DNA of 62,957 bases from assembly GCF_001194135.2 (NCBI RefSeq), contig NC_068997.1, positions 38,456,054 to 38,519,010 on the forward strand, in the 5' to 3' direction. The notes under the pieces were generated by a model. That model was not told the DNA's origin and did no database searches. It saw only the letters and a list, made by a program, of their open reading frames with translations. The stretch comes from Octopus bimaculoides. Its lineage: Eukaryota. Positions within the stretch are counted from its first letter, which is position 1, and each line of letters opens with the position of its first letter. The translations under genes and the position numbers were made by a program. This document shows, piece after piece, positions 1 through 11,914 of this stretch.

Positions 1-87
1 AGAGACAGGAGGAGGGGGTTAGATGAAGAGGGGAGGGGAGTTGAGCCCATGTGGCGCAAAGGAGCGAAATATATATATATATATATA

Positions 88-255
88 TATTCGACGATAT
101 TCTTTCAGTTTCCGTCTACCAAATCCACTCACAACCTTCTGGTCGGCCTGAAGATATACTAAAAGACACTTAACCAAGATGCCAGGTAGTGGGACTGAAT
201 CCGGAACCATTTGGCTGGAAAGTAAGCTTCTTACCACACAGCCACGTCTGTGCCT
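88..255 (-). mobile_element. tRNA-derived SINE, family A, 5' half
   Basis: Reverse complement reads gtggctgtgtggtaagaagcttac...ggttccggattcagtcccactacctggc...gtagacggaaactgaaagaa, then (TA)n. It has A/B-box-like motifs and matches 13050-13205, 33997-34130 and 43140-43320. Confidence 0.85.
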
Positions 256-1489
256 AGTATCCTAAACAATTTTCAAAATCATGGTACTCTTGTGAGGAAC
301 AGCAGTAATTAATAATTTATTCTACCATTCAAGATTATAATGAGTTGGATCGCTAATTTCCACACGCTTTAGTTAACTTTTCTTTAAGTGAGAGTTACTA
401 GTATGACTAATTTGTTCTAAAAAGTGATTTTGAATAATTTTTCTTAAATATATATCAATATTCCTAAATATTCTTAAAAGCTTCTGTTTATGTTATAAAT
501 AATTCAGAGTTTTTAAAACGAATTATTCACATTACTTCATCCGTAATATTCAGAACAATTTATTGTATTATTATCATGTTTTTGATATTAATAACTTCCA
601 GCCTTCCAATGACAGTTCTTGAATATTACATTAAGTTTTGTATTCAATGCTTAACTTACTACAATATGTTGTATATCGAATTCATTTTCTTTAGTTCTTT
701 CACTCAATAACTTTTAAATAGAGCTAACCTTTAAGTATTCTAGATCAATATTAAATCTTAATTTCAAGTGAAATGTTATATTCATAGATAATTTTATTTC
801 CAATAGTATTCCATATTGAGACTTGATGAAGGATTAAATTGAATGTCTTTTCTATTGATCTACAAGCATATCAACGGTAATGAGTAGTGCAGACGATAAT
901 ATAAAGCAGAAGATGCACACAGATATTATACACGCACACACATAAACGTTAAAATAACTGCATAGTTACCTCTACACCTACATTCATCGGCAGTCTCAAA
1001 TATGCACATATACTCACACAACTGGATGTGGAGACAAACGCACACATACTCACAGAAAGATATAAAACCGAATGTAATACTGAGTAGATAGATTTATGCA
1101 GAAAGCACATTACGCTTCTCTTGGCAATTTTAGATCTTATTCTATATTTTTGCCTTGATGGAAAATATCCATTAAAAGTAGTCAGAGGACATGTACGCGT
1201 TTTCATGTGTGTGTGGGGAGGGGTATATATAAAACACGGAAACGAGGTGAAAAAGTACACAAACGCTCGAAAAACTGTGGGTGGAATAAAAGGAAAAGTA
1301 TTTATGCTTCGAGTACACGCTCTTCTTCTGAAAGAAAGGGGTGACAAGGAGAGGGAAAAACCGACGAAAGAAAATGGAGAAAAGGAAAACACTTGTACAT
1401 AATCGTCACGGCATGCTGAAAAGACAAGAAGTGATACAGAGGTTGCTTCAAGTATGAGCTGCAAAAAAGACAGCTGTGAATCTGGCTAC

Positions 1490-1494
<5 letters not shown>

Positions 1495-1540
<46 letters not shown>

Positions 1541-1650
1541 CGCGTGTGTNNNNNNNNNNGTGTGTGTGTGCGCGCGCGCGTGTGTGTGTGTGTAAGGAAG
1601 CTATTAGGTATGTGTTTATTGCGTGTGTGTACGTGTGTATATGTGTGTGT
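1495..1650. repeat. (GT)n microsatellite with embedded (CG)n runs
   Basis: Directly visible; includes a 10-N gap. Confidence 0.95.
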
Positions 1651-1777
1651 ATATAGCGATGCGTCTAGGTGTGTGAGTGAAGTGGAAAAAAGTGGTGGGG
1701 GAACATGATAAGGAGTTGAGAATTTAAGCTGTTGAACACCGAAATTTGCAGAGAAAAAAAATCAGTTCCTGTTCCAG

Positions 1778-1887
1778 ACGGAGAAAAGAGTCAGCGGTTC
1801 TCTGTGCAAGATCATTCCGATCAGAGACAGATGTTGAAGAGAATGTACAGTCGAACGGAAGCAGCGCGAAACCGGGACGCCATTACC
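1778..1887 (+). other. candidate 110-bp host exon, gene unknown
   Basis: Acceptor ttcctgttccag| at 1777 and donor |gtaagt at 1888. Two of three frames are open (RRKESAVLCARSFRSETDVEENVQSNGSSAKPGRHY; GEKSQRFSVQDHSDQRQMLKRMYSRTEAARNRDAIT). The region is CpG-rich relative to its flanks. No homology recognised. Confidence 0.3.
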
Positions 1888-3159
1888 GTAAGTGTTAGAT
1901 AAAACGGTCAACCAGGCGACAACCATTTTGTTGCATGTAGAAGAGAAGCAAAATGAGCAGAGAATGCAGTAAATGAGATTACGTAGACGAGAGCAAGGAA
2001 AGGAGACAGGTTAAGTACCGAGAGTGAAGAAAGAGCTACGGACCAGTAAGTTACGTAGATTACGGATGCTTTTGAAAAAAGGGAGGGGTGGGCTGGAGAA
2101 GGTGTGGAAGGTGGCGGGATTTGATTGGACTGTGTAAAGAGCACATTAAAATGCACACACACAAACATATTAATTATTAACACACACACGCGTACACACT
2201 CACACAAACTTAACAAGCATGTATATAATGAGCACGCTCCTATTTGGGTGGAATGTTTGGCTGGCTCTAGCTTACGGAAATACCTACAGTACCATGTAAG
2301 TGAAAGTGCTAAGATGTGGAATTCATAGGAATCCTAGGAGCTCTAATAAAAGATTAATTCCCTAAAATTCCTAAACTAACAAACTACAGTATTATTTTAG
2401 TGACAGCCTCAAAACTTTCGAATCTGAAAATTTACATTATAAGTGGAAATATCAATGAAATAATTCTTTCTACAAAAGGCACAAGGCCTGAAATTTTGGA
2501 GATTGATTGCATCGACACCACTGCTACTGGTACTTAATTATCAACTCCGAAAATACGAAAGGCAAAATAATAACAAATGTTTACTTTTGCCTTCGTGGGA
2601 CAAAATTTGCAGGTGATGTGAGGCCAAATGTTCGGCTCAAGGTGTTGCTACAAAAGCAACGAGGTGCAAGCAACGCACTACTGGTAAAAGAACGATCTAA
2701 TTGTTATGCAATCCAAAGAAAATAATAATAATATTACTGATATATTTTTGTACAAGAATCTAATATTGAGCGAACGCAGCCCAGATTTGCTTGTAATAGA
2801 GCAATTTTTCTCAAAATATCTTGCAACATTGCCAACTTGTAAATACATGACATGGACAGCTGCAACGGAGACTATGAAGCCATAGCCAGAGATACAGCAG
2901 GCGTTCTGAGTGCGTCAGCACGCCGGAGTTCATTCAACAACTTCAGGACAAGATGGTGTGAGGCTACTACAAACTTTAGTCAAATCTTGAATGGAGAGGT
3001 TTACTGTGGTGGCAAAGATCAAGGAGTTATTCGAAGATCTTCCCAGAGACACAATGAAGAACACATACGCCAGGTTGCAGAGCCGTCAACAAGCTACAGT
3101 GGAAGGTGAGGGAGGCCATCTTGAGTAAACGGAAGTTTATAGCGCTACTCAACAATAGA

Positions 3160-3680
3160 TGACAGAGAGAGAGCGAATGGGCCATATGAGGGAGAGGAGA
3201 GATGAAAGAGTAAGTTGAAACGGATGAAAGGGAACAAGTGGAGTGGGAAAGAGGGGATCAACTCGAGAGGAAGAGAGAAAAGCAAATGGAGAAAAGCTAG
3301 TGAACGACAGGGATATGAGGGGAGAAGGAGAGCAAGTGGAGATGTGGCATGAGAGTAACAGAGAAGAAAGGGAAGAGGAAGAGTAGGTTGAGCAACGGAA
3401 GAAGAGTAAGTGGTGTGGGGGAGAGGAGAGCAGACGGATGGAGAGGTCTAGAGGGAATATGAAGAGAGGGGAGAGTAGTGTGAGACAGAAAAAGAAAAGC
3501 AAGTGAAATAGGGCAAGGGAGAGTAGGTTGATATAGAGGGGAGAGGAAGCGAGGAGGAAGAAAGGAAATAGCAGTGGGAGAATGGAGGGATAGAAGATTA
3601 GGAAGTGAAAGGGAGGTAACGGAAAGTGGAAGGGGAAGATTGGAAGGTCTCAGAAATAGACGAGGAATGTGTAAGAGAGA
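3160..3680 (+). repeat. purine-rich (A/G) low-complexity tract
   Basis: About 500 bp strongly depleted in pyrimidines on the + strand. The minus-strand L/S/P/F-rich ORFs here are compositional. Confidence 0.8.
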
Positions 3681-4261
3681 AAGCTGGTTCGCACCGGGTG
3701 TCAAACTGCCGACATCATGACTGCTGCCCAATGCTCTGTGAACACTGTAAAGGCTGAAAAATGTGACATGGACAGCTGCAACAGAGACTACGAAGCCGTA
3801 GCCAGCAGGAAGAGACACAGCAGGCGTTAAGAAAATACAACGAAGGAGAGAGGGAAATATATTTGTAGAGAGAAAGACAGAGGTAAAGAGGTATACGTAA
3901 GAAAAGAGATGCTGGAAAACAAAATGTCACTAGAATACAAAGATGGTCGATGTGTGTGTGTGTGTGTGTATACAGAGAGAGAGAGAGAGAGGTGGGGGAC
4001 GAGAGCGGTTAGTGCTTGCTGTTTTATATAATGTGATGCGATTTAATAAGACAAATGTGAAAGAACGAGACAAGAATTGCTGAAAATAGAAAAGGGATAT
4101 TGAAAATAGGAAAGGAATATTAATTAGAAGTTTATTTGTATTTATGAGGTGAAACGATATATAAACACATTTATATGGTGAAAAGGTAAATAAGCATTCA
4201 TTATAAACACCATCTACAAGGTGCATTCCAGAATGTTTGAGACATTTTAATGAGAGATATT

Positions 4262-4450
4262 CATACTCCGGGCAAAATGTTTAACGGCATTTCGTGTCTT
4301 TACGTTCTGAGTTCAAATTCCGCCGTGGTCGTCTTTGCCTTTCATCCTTTTCGGGTCGATAAAATAGGTACTATTCGAGCACTGGGGGTCGATGTAATCG
4401 ACTTAGCTCCTCCCCGAACTTGCTGGCCTTTTGCTAAAATTTGAAATCAA
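4262..4450 (+). mobile_element. tRNA-derived SINE, family B (Nin/Inv-like central domain)
   Basis: B-box gagttcaaattcc; core ttgcctttcatcctttt cgggtcgataaaat; tail gccttttgctaaaatttgaaa. Matches 13682, 18889, 48066 and 54653. Confidence 0.85.
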
Positions 4451-4475
4451 TAATTTTCTCCATTAATAATAAGGC

Positions 4476-4553
4476 CATCAAATTCGGAGGATGGGTTGAG
4501 TCGATTACATCGACCCCAGTACTCAACTGGTAATTATTTTACCGACCCAAAAA
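4476..4553 (-). mobile_element. SINE family B fragment, inverted
   Basis: gagtcgattacatcgaccccagtactcaactggtaattattttaccgacc is the reverse complement of the family B core. Confidence 0.8.
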
Positions 4554-4554
4554 G

Positions 4555-5600
4555 TAAGATTTCCTGGCTTCAGTGCACATGTAGCTCTCCAGCAACTTCG
4601 TGAAAGCCCCATGGAAGTCCGCCAACGTGACAGTATCTCGGACCCTTATCACATCCTCCTTCATCTTCTCAATGTCTTCAAAACGACTGACCATGAGATT
4701 TTCCTTCAGCTTAGGCAACTACCAAACGTCACCAGGATCAAGGTCTGGAGTGTAAGGAGTGTGAGGGACAGCTTTGATCCCCGTCTCTATTAAATAGTTG
4801 GATGCCAAGATGGAGTTGTGGACCGGTACATTGTCCTGTGATGGTGTTGCCGATCCGAGTGGAAAAGCTCTGGCCTTTCACAACGAAATTTCTTCCTGAA
4901 CTCCTTCAAAACCTCTACAAAGTATTCTTTCTTTATTGACTGGCAGAGGAAATCCAGTGGATGTAAATGATGCCCTTGCTGTCGAAAAAAGGGATCATCA
5001 TGATTTTCCAAGTGGACTTGCCTTACCTGACATTCTTGAGTCCGAGAGAGCCAGAATGTTTCTATTGTGCATTTTGTTTCTTGGTCTTTGTATCATAACG
5101 GTGGATCCAGCTTTCGTTACATGTCACCAGAAACTCAAGTACTCTTGGGTTGGAGGTAATGAGACCAACACCAACGCATCTTTCCTTCTATTCGTCACTG
5201 GAGACCCAGGGAACAAACTTTGCACAAATTTGGCGCATGTTCAGGTCTTCATGAATAATTCTATGTACAGTTGCCACATCAAATCCAACCGCCATACCTA
5301 CTGTCTCTATAGACACAACGGTCGTCTTCTAGAAAATTGAGAATTTTCTCAGCCAGCTCTAATGTTTTGACGTTCCTCTCCCTCCTACACTTCTCATCAT
5401 CTCTCACTTCCACTCTACCGCTCTTGAACCTCTCTTGTGCCAGCGAAAAACAGCTGCTCGGCTAGTACAAGCTAATCCATAAGCAGCGTGGAACGTTTTT
5501 TCCCAGTTTGACACAAAAGGTTTTTGCATAGCAAGCTGCCAATTTGTCCTCATGTCCTGACTGCATTCCGCAAACTAGTCTGCTGTGACAAGCAATGTTC
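4555..5600 (-). mobile_element. mariner transposase pseudogene
   Basis: Minus-strand translation with stops and frameshifts: VKLGK..AVFRWHKR; VATVHRIIHEDLNMRQICAKFVP; LVTCNESWIHRYD; HQDNVPVHNSI-like; HTPYTPDLDPGD (the mariner YSPDLAPxD motif); LPKLKENL. Confidence 0.9.
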
Positions 5601-6777
5601 AGTAAGGTGCGTTCAAAGTTCTATTACAGCCGTCTCGTTCAATCTGGAATAAAAAGTTAGCAGGTCAGCTTATTGACTATATAGTAATGATATAACAAAA
5701 TTACAATAATCTACAGCAATTAAACTACCTTTCCTAAAAGAAAGTCTCAAAACTTCTTGAATGCAGTTCATTTCTTTAACAGTGTGGTCGGTCACAAACT
5801 AAATTAACGCTTAGGTTAACATAATTTTTTTTAGATATATTTTCTTGGATATATTAAAGATCAAATAGCTAAGCTTCAAATATGAATATAGTAAATCAAT
5901 ATCGAAATGGAGAGAATCCACCAGAAACTGTGACACGAAGTATTTGTTAGAACAATTGAAAAAGCTATTATTTTGGATACAAATATGAAACCCAATACTA
6001 CACATGTATGTATGCAATATACAATTCAAATATACCTATATANNNNNNNNNNNNNNNNNNNNNNNNNNNNNNNNNNNNNNNNNNNNNNNNNNNNNNNNNN
6101 NNNNNNNNNNNNNNNNNNNNNNNNNNNNNNNNNNNNNNNNNNNNNNNNNNNNNNNNNNNNNNNNNNNNNNNNNNNNNNNNNNNNNNNNNNNNNNNNNNNN
6201 NNNNNNNNNNNNNNNNNNNNNNNNNNNNNNNNNNNNNNNNNNNNNNNNNNNNNNNNNNNNNNNNNNNNNNNNNNNNNNNNNNNNNNNNNNNNNNNNNNNN
6301 NNNNNNNNNNNNNNNNNNNNNNNNNNNNNNNNNNNNNNNNNNNNNNNNNNNNNNNNNNNNNNNNNNNNNNNNNNNNNNNNNNNNNNNNNNNNNNNNNNNN
6401 NNNNNNNNNNNNNNNNNNNNNNNNNNNNNNNNNNNNNNNNNNNNNNNNNNNNNNNNNNNNNNNNNNNNNNNNNNNNNNNNNNNNNNNNNNNNNNNNNNNN
6501 NNNNNNNNNNNNNNNNNNNNNNNNNNNNNNNNNNNNNNNNNNNNNNNNNNNNNNNNNNNNNNNNNNNNNNNNNNNNNNNNNNNNNNNNNNNNNNNNNNNN
6601 NNNNNNNNNNNNNNNNNNNNNNNNNNNNNNNNNNNNNNNNNNNNNNNNNNNNNNNNNNNNNNNNNNNNNNNNNNNNNNNNNNNNNNNNNNNNNNNNNNNN
6701 NNNNNNNNNNNNNNNNNNNNNNNNNNNNNNNNNNNNNNNNNNNNNNNNNNNNNNNNNNNNNNNNNNNNNNNNNNNNN

Positions 6778-8193
6778 ATATATATTCCTTATGCATTCCA
6801 AAACCGAGTTACAGATTTTGACGTATGGGGTATCAAAAGATTCAGTACTATTTCGGCTACAAATTAAACTTAATTTCCATTCACATATTTGCATTTCCAA
6901 AGTTTAACATTATAGTTTTTTCCATAAATCAACTATCGTAAACATGTTATACGATGACGTCACATTTTCTGTGTGTGTACCTTAAAAGACATCAGTCATC
7001 GCGGCACACACCTTCACTCACTCACTCTGTTTCTCATTTTCACTCTCTTTCTCTCTCACGCATATACGCGCGCGCGCGCGCATACGTCCATTTCATATAG
7101 ACGTACATACATCCTTCATCTTCTTTCTCTGTTCTCTTCGCTTTATCTTCTTTCAATTTCTGCTCTCTTCAAATAAATTCTTACGGAATGAGCGGAACAA
7201 ACACAGAAAAGATGCAATCTCTCCAGAAACAAGTATAAAGCAAGGAGGATTGTAGAAAACCGAAGGCAAGAGTCTGAAGAGAGATGAGATTTTCTCAAAA
7301 TCGGCAAATGCATGTTGCAGCAAATTCATATTTTAATAATGCTGGATTATTAAATCAATGTTTTAATGTTTGGACGGAGGTCCAGTAGAATAGCTCTCAG
7401 AAACAGACTACATACAAATTCTTTCTTCACAACTCCTAAAGCTGTTTTCAGATATGATCCATCCCATTCTTATAAAAATGATAACTCGGTCCAAATTGGT
7501 GTGCTAAACACAAATTGTCGTTTATGTAGAGCTTTAAAATTTTCAAATGAAACAAATGGTATGTGCTGCTCAGGCGGTCAGGTAACATTGCCAGCACTAC
7601 CAGCTCCTTCTCACCCTCTTATGAATCTTCTAGAAGGCACTTCCATCCAGTCAAAGGATTTTCTGAACATTATCAGACAATGCAACTCTGCATTTCAAAT
7701 GACATCGTTTGATGCGTCTAAGAAGATAGATAAACATGAATTTACGCCGACATCAATGTTCAAGGGCAAGTCTATCACCTCATTGGTTCCCTGTTACCCG
7801 CAAATGAACGACCACAGTTCCTCCAAATTTACTTTATGAGTGATGTAGGACAACAAACCCGACGGAAGTGTCAAAATTTCAGATGATGGGTCGTGTTAGA
7901 CACAGCGCCGACTGCTGCAAAGAAGAGCATATCCACTAACGGCTTTTCGGTGAGTTCAAAAATCACATAACCCCCCACTTCCAATTTTCCATGACAGGTT
8001 AGGGCCTGAAATACTCCAAACAGATGCATAGCATGTTGCTCAGTTGAATTAGCCCAGCATTTACTCCACAAATGTTTTGTTGTCAATGCTGCACTTTCCC
8101 ATATCCCCTGTTTCAACATAACTGTAATATATTATGTACAAACTATGCAACTGAGCCATTTTAATCCCGAACAATGCCGGGTATCTCTGCTAG
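6778..8193 (+). mobile_element. non-autonomous Helitron (RepHel N-terminal remnant plus 3' terminus)
   Basis: 7366-7870 reads CRLCRALKFSNETNGMCCSGGQVTLP...IRQCNSAFQMTSF...(frameshift) QGQVYHLIGSLLP..PQFLQIYF, typical of the Helitron RepHel N-terminus. The 3' end has hairpin cccg..cggg (8166-8181), then CTAG (8190-8193) and T. The 5' end probably lies in the gap. Confidence 0.85.
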
Positions 8194-8199
8194 TATATA

Positions 8200-8254
<55 letters not shown>

Positions 8255-8257
<3 letters not shown>

Positions 8258-8650
8258 TAATAGTATTTTATAAGCTTAAAGCTTATAAGCGACCACCGCG
8301 CAATGACTAACGAAAATAGTCTAATAATGGGGCATATAAGCACTCGACAGAAAAAATGTAGGCTTTCCCGTACGCGTGGTACTCGAACCCACACCTCTTT
8401 GTTTGGTGTGCTACCGTTACACCAACACACTAGCCTGCTTCTTTCTGTCAGATTTAAGAACTATAATTAGTTCGTAGTTATTTTTGTAAACAAACTTTCA
8501 TGTGCTTTCACCATGATGGCTCGAGTCCCACGCGTACGGGAAAACCTACTTTTTCTGTCGAGGACCTATATGCCTCATTATTAGACTATTTTCTTCAATC
8601 ATTGCGCGGTGATCGCTTATACACTTTAAGTTTATAAAATACTATTATTA
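8255..8650. mobile_element. fold-back: two head-to-head copies of a tRNA-derived unit (about 135-bp inverted arms)
   Basis: 8255-8389 is the reverse complement of 8518-8650 with about 14 mismatches and one indel by eye. Minus strand 8445-8380 has A-box tggtgtaacggtag and B-box ggttcgagtacc. Confidence 0.85.
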
Positions 8651-8756
8651 TTATTTACAGAATTGTAAAAATCGCCACTGCTTAACAAAATCATCGAGTG
8701 AAAGCATATATATATATATATATAATCAAAATAAGCAACAGGATATCAAGAGATGA

Positions 8757-8842
8757 TGCAGTACGACCGTTTCAAGCTACTCCATTTAATTGAACAATGC
8801 AATCATTACATCAATTTAAATGCTGATTTATCCTCAGCTGCA
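8757..8842 (-). ncRNA. hammerhead ribozyme motif (type I, degenerate stem II)
   Basis: Minus strand: tgcag CTGAGGA ...catttaaattga..tcaattaaatg... GAAAC ggtc GTA ctgca. Stem I is tgcag/ctgca. Homologous to 24435-24522. Confidence 0.65.
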
Positions 8843-11841
8843 TAAATAAATGGAATTTTTTAATCAGTTGGACACATTAATATAATTTTACTCAAATTCC
8901 CTAATAGAGCAAGAAGAGGGAGAAAGTCCATGTTGCTACTAATACAACTTAGAATATACTACACTTCTAAGGATTGTATGAAGTTTGTTAGGGTCATAGC
9001 TTGTAAATAACCGTGATCCACTTTTAATTTATTAGTCTTTTTTTTTATCAACTACCAAATCTATGGCTAGAGGACCGTGTCTGTTTAGAATGAATACATA
9101 CACAGTGTGAGTTGACAGTTTATAGTTGGGTATGGTCATAAATATTGTCAGGATTTTAGAAAATGTATAAGTAATTGTCTATAAAGGAGGCTGGGTAGGG
9201 GAAGACTCTAAATCATGATATTAATTACCAGTTAAAGGGGCAAGACGCTAATAAAACCTATGATGTTAATACAGAGTAAATTATCATGGGGTACATACTC
9301 CAGTGCCCCAATGAGAACAGGTATATAAACCTGAACTTGTAATCTGAACTTGTAATCTCAACAGTTCAGTGTATGTATATATGCATGTACGTTTATGTAA
9401 ATATGTACGTGCAGCATAGATCCACTCATCAAATCTGAGGATACGCTAAAATGCAGATGTTACATTAAGGGAAAAGTAGGAAAAATATTTGATATTTTAT
9501 GTCTTTATGAATACATATATCTCAATGAATTAATCTCACATATACACGATATACTGGAGAATACGTTTTCTCACTAATATATATTGTCGACTTTTTCTAT
9601 CCAAAAGGGCTTTTCAACTCAATACTTACACGCTATTGTTTATAGCTTTATGTTTGCACTTCGTGAAATGCTTTTCCACAACTCTATTACAGTTGGAGAG
9701 ATAAAAAAAAAAGCAACTATCTCTCCAACTCATTCCAGACAAACATTAAAAAGTAACGTAGAAATAGCTGCAATGCCCAGTGTCCAAACCTATCTTGTTC
9801 GTTATGATGTCAAGTGTCCAATGCCAAGTGTCCAAACTTATCTTGTTCACTACAATGTAATCACTAACAGACTCTACAAAGTTCACACCAAAGTCTTTAT
9901 GCAGTCATTCAACCTACTAGAAACATTTATACCAGTCTCATAATACTTCTTAAAGATTGGACGTGGGCCCCGGTGCACACTGCCTGAAAAAGAAGCTGAA
10001 TGTTCATGTCTGAATTGCTTTTAATGTTAGGTCTCGCTCAGAGTTGACCTGAACTAAATAAGATAGAGACATAATGCAATGGAATGACGCGGCTATGGGT
10101 CACGTCGAGTCGTTCGCGTAATTACCTGCGTACCAGAGATCTTTCAATCAGAGGTTACCTGCGGATACACGACAACAACGTGAAATAATGAGAATTAATG
10201 CGACTTTATTTTCTTCTTTTTAAATATGGCTTTAACTAAGAATCTAAAATTTAAAAAAAACTTTCATCATTGTAATTATTTTGCCGTTAAAATCTCCATT
10301 GGCAATAGTTAGAAGTTCTTACGAATACAACATTATTTTTTAAGAGAAAAAACATTATATTTCTGATAAATAATTATTAATTGTTCTTCAGAAGGAAATA
10401 AGTCATATATCGCTGTAAGGATACACAGAGATAAGGGAATAACCTAAAAATGTTATACTAAAGCATAAAAAATAAAATAGAACAGTACAAGAAATATTCT
10501 TTGACGCAAGAGCAATTTTAGGAGAAACAATGTAGTCATTAAATCGACTCCAGTATTTTGCTAGTATGTAATTCATTGGACTGACTGGGAGCTCGGCCAA
10601 AGTAAAGTAAAGAAATGTAATTCATAAGTCTAAAAAGTCAGGTATAATGCTGACGATGGCATAAAACAAGTTGAAAAACTAGTACTAAACAAGCTGTCGT
10701 AAAAACGATACCTTGTTTAGTTCTTCTTGATGTTTCTACCGTTTGCACGAAAACCACAATCAAAAGAGATATTGAAATATTCAAAACATAATATCCGGAA
10801 AGATAATGGCCACATGGAGCAAGTTTCAGTTTGACAACGTAGAGTGAATGTTACTAAACAAAATGAAGACAGATACTTAAAATCCCCTAAGGTGGTTTAC
10901 AAACATTTCATCATTTGTCTATCGAAAAAATGGGAAAACTAAAATATGTATAAAGCATCTCAGATACGATAAAATATTCATACAAGAAGAAAATAATATC
11001 AAACGTCTTTAAATGCAACTTAAAATGTGTTATAATGAGAACAATAGCAGCATAATGCAAGATTTACTGGACAGTTCCCGTAAAAAATGTCTCTTAAGTA
11101 TTAACGAGTGCTTATACTCTGATCTATTTTATGCATTAGAAAAATTGTTCCAAGACCTGTTGGGTAGCATCACTCTCGCCTATTAACGAACCTTATTGCG
11201 GATCATTCTTCAGAAAATATGCATTGACAATGCAACGTGTGAAATAGTTACAAACATCTTCTAGATGGAATAAAAATATCGATTATCTCGATGCTATATA
11301 AAAAAAAAACTCAGTAAAGACAAAGAAGCACATATGTGAGATAAACATTGTAAAAGAAGAAATGTGATCATGTGAAATGTGATCATGTGAAATATGATAT
11401 AGATTTCACAAATATAATGGTGCAATAAATAACTTAGAGGCATTGTTGAACTTGTTTGTCGAATACAATATTCTAAAAGATATATGAACTCAAATACTAA
11501 ATATAGTTCAGTTTTTGATTGATTTATTTTCTTGTGTGACTTTTAAGTTGGGCAATCAGTAAATCTTTTCTCGTTGCACCAGCTAAGATAATAGAGTGTT
11601 GTTTCTGAGAAAAATGGGGTTCATATTCATATCAAGTTCATTTGTTCATATGTGGATTTCGTCCAAATTTGAATTCGTTGAATGAAGTAAAGTTTATGAT
11701 TTTGTAATATTAAAAATTTCAAATATGATAAAATACAATGATAGGATGTAGTGGAAAAAGAAGTTGCCTGAAGGAAGCTTGATTTAATACAGGTAAGAGT
11801 TTGGCTTTAGTGAATACACGCAAATGCAATATTGCAACTGT

Positions 11842-11914
11842 GTAGAATCTCCATAGAATCTTATAGAATCCATAGAATCTTATAGAATCCATAGAATCTC
11901 ATAGAATCTCCATG
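11842..11914. repeat. 9-10 bp minisatellite (atagaatc[t/c])
   Basis: About 7 imperfect tandem copies visible. Confidence 0.9.

Noticed and set aside
19-68. APHGLNSPPLFI* on the minus strand, similar to a PLE GIY-YIG C-terminus
   Set aside because: Only about 15 codons at the window edge; too short to support.
10932-11185. Coding-like stretch with ICIKHL (THAP-like)
   Set aside because: Other THAP residues are not found, and the family cannot be assigned.
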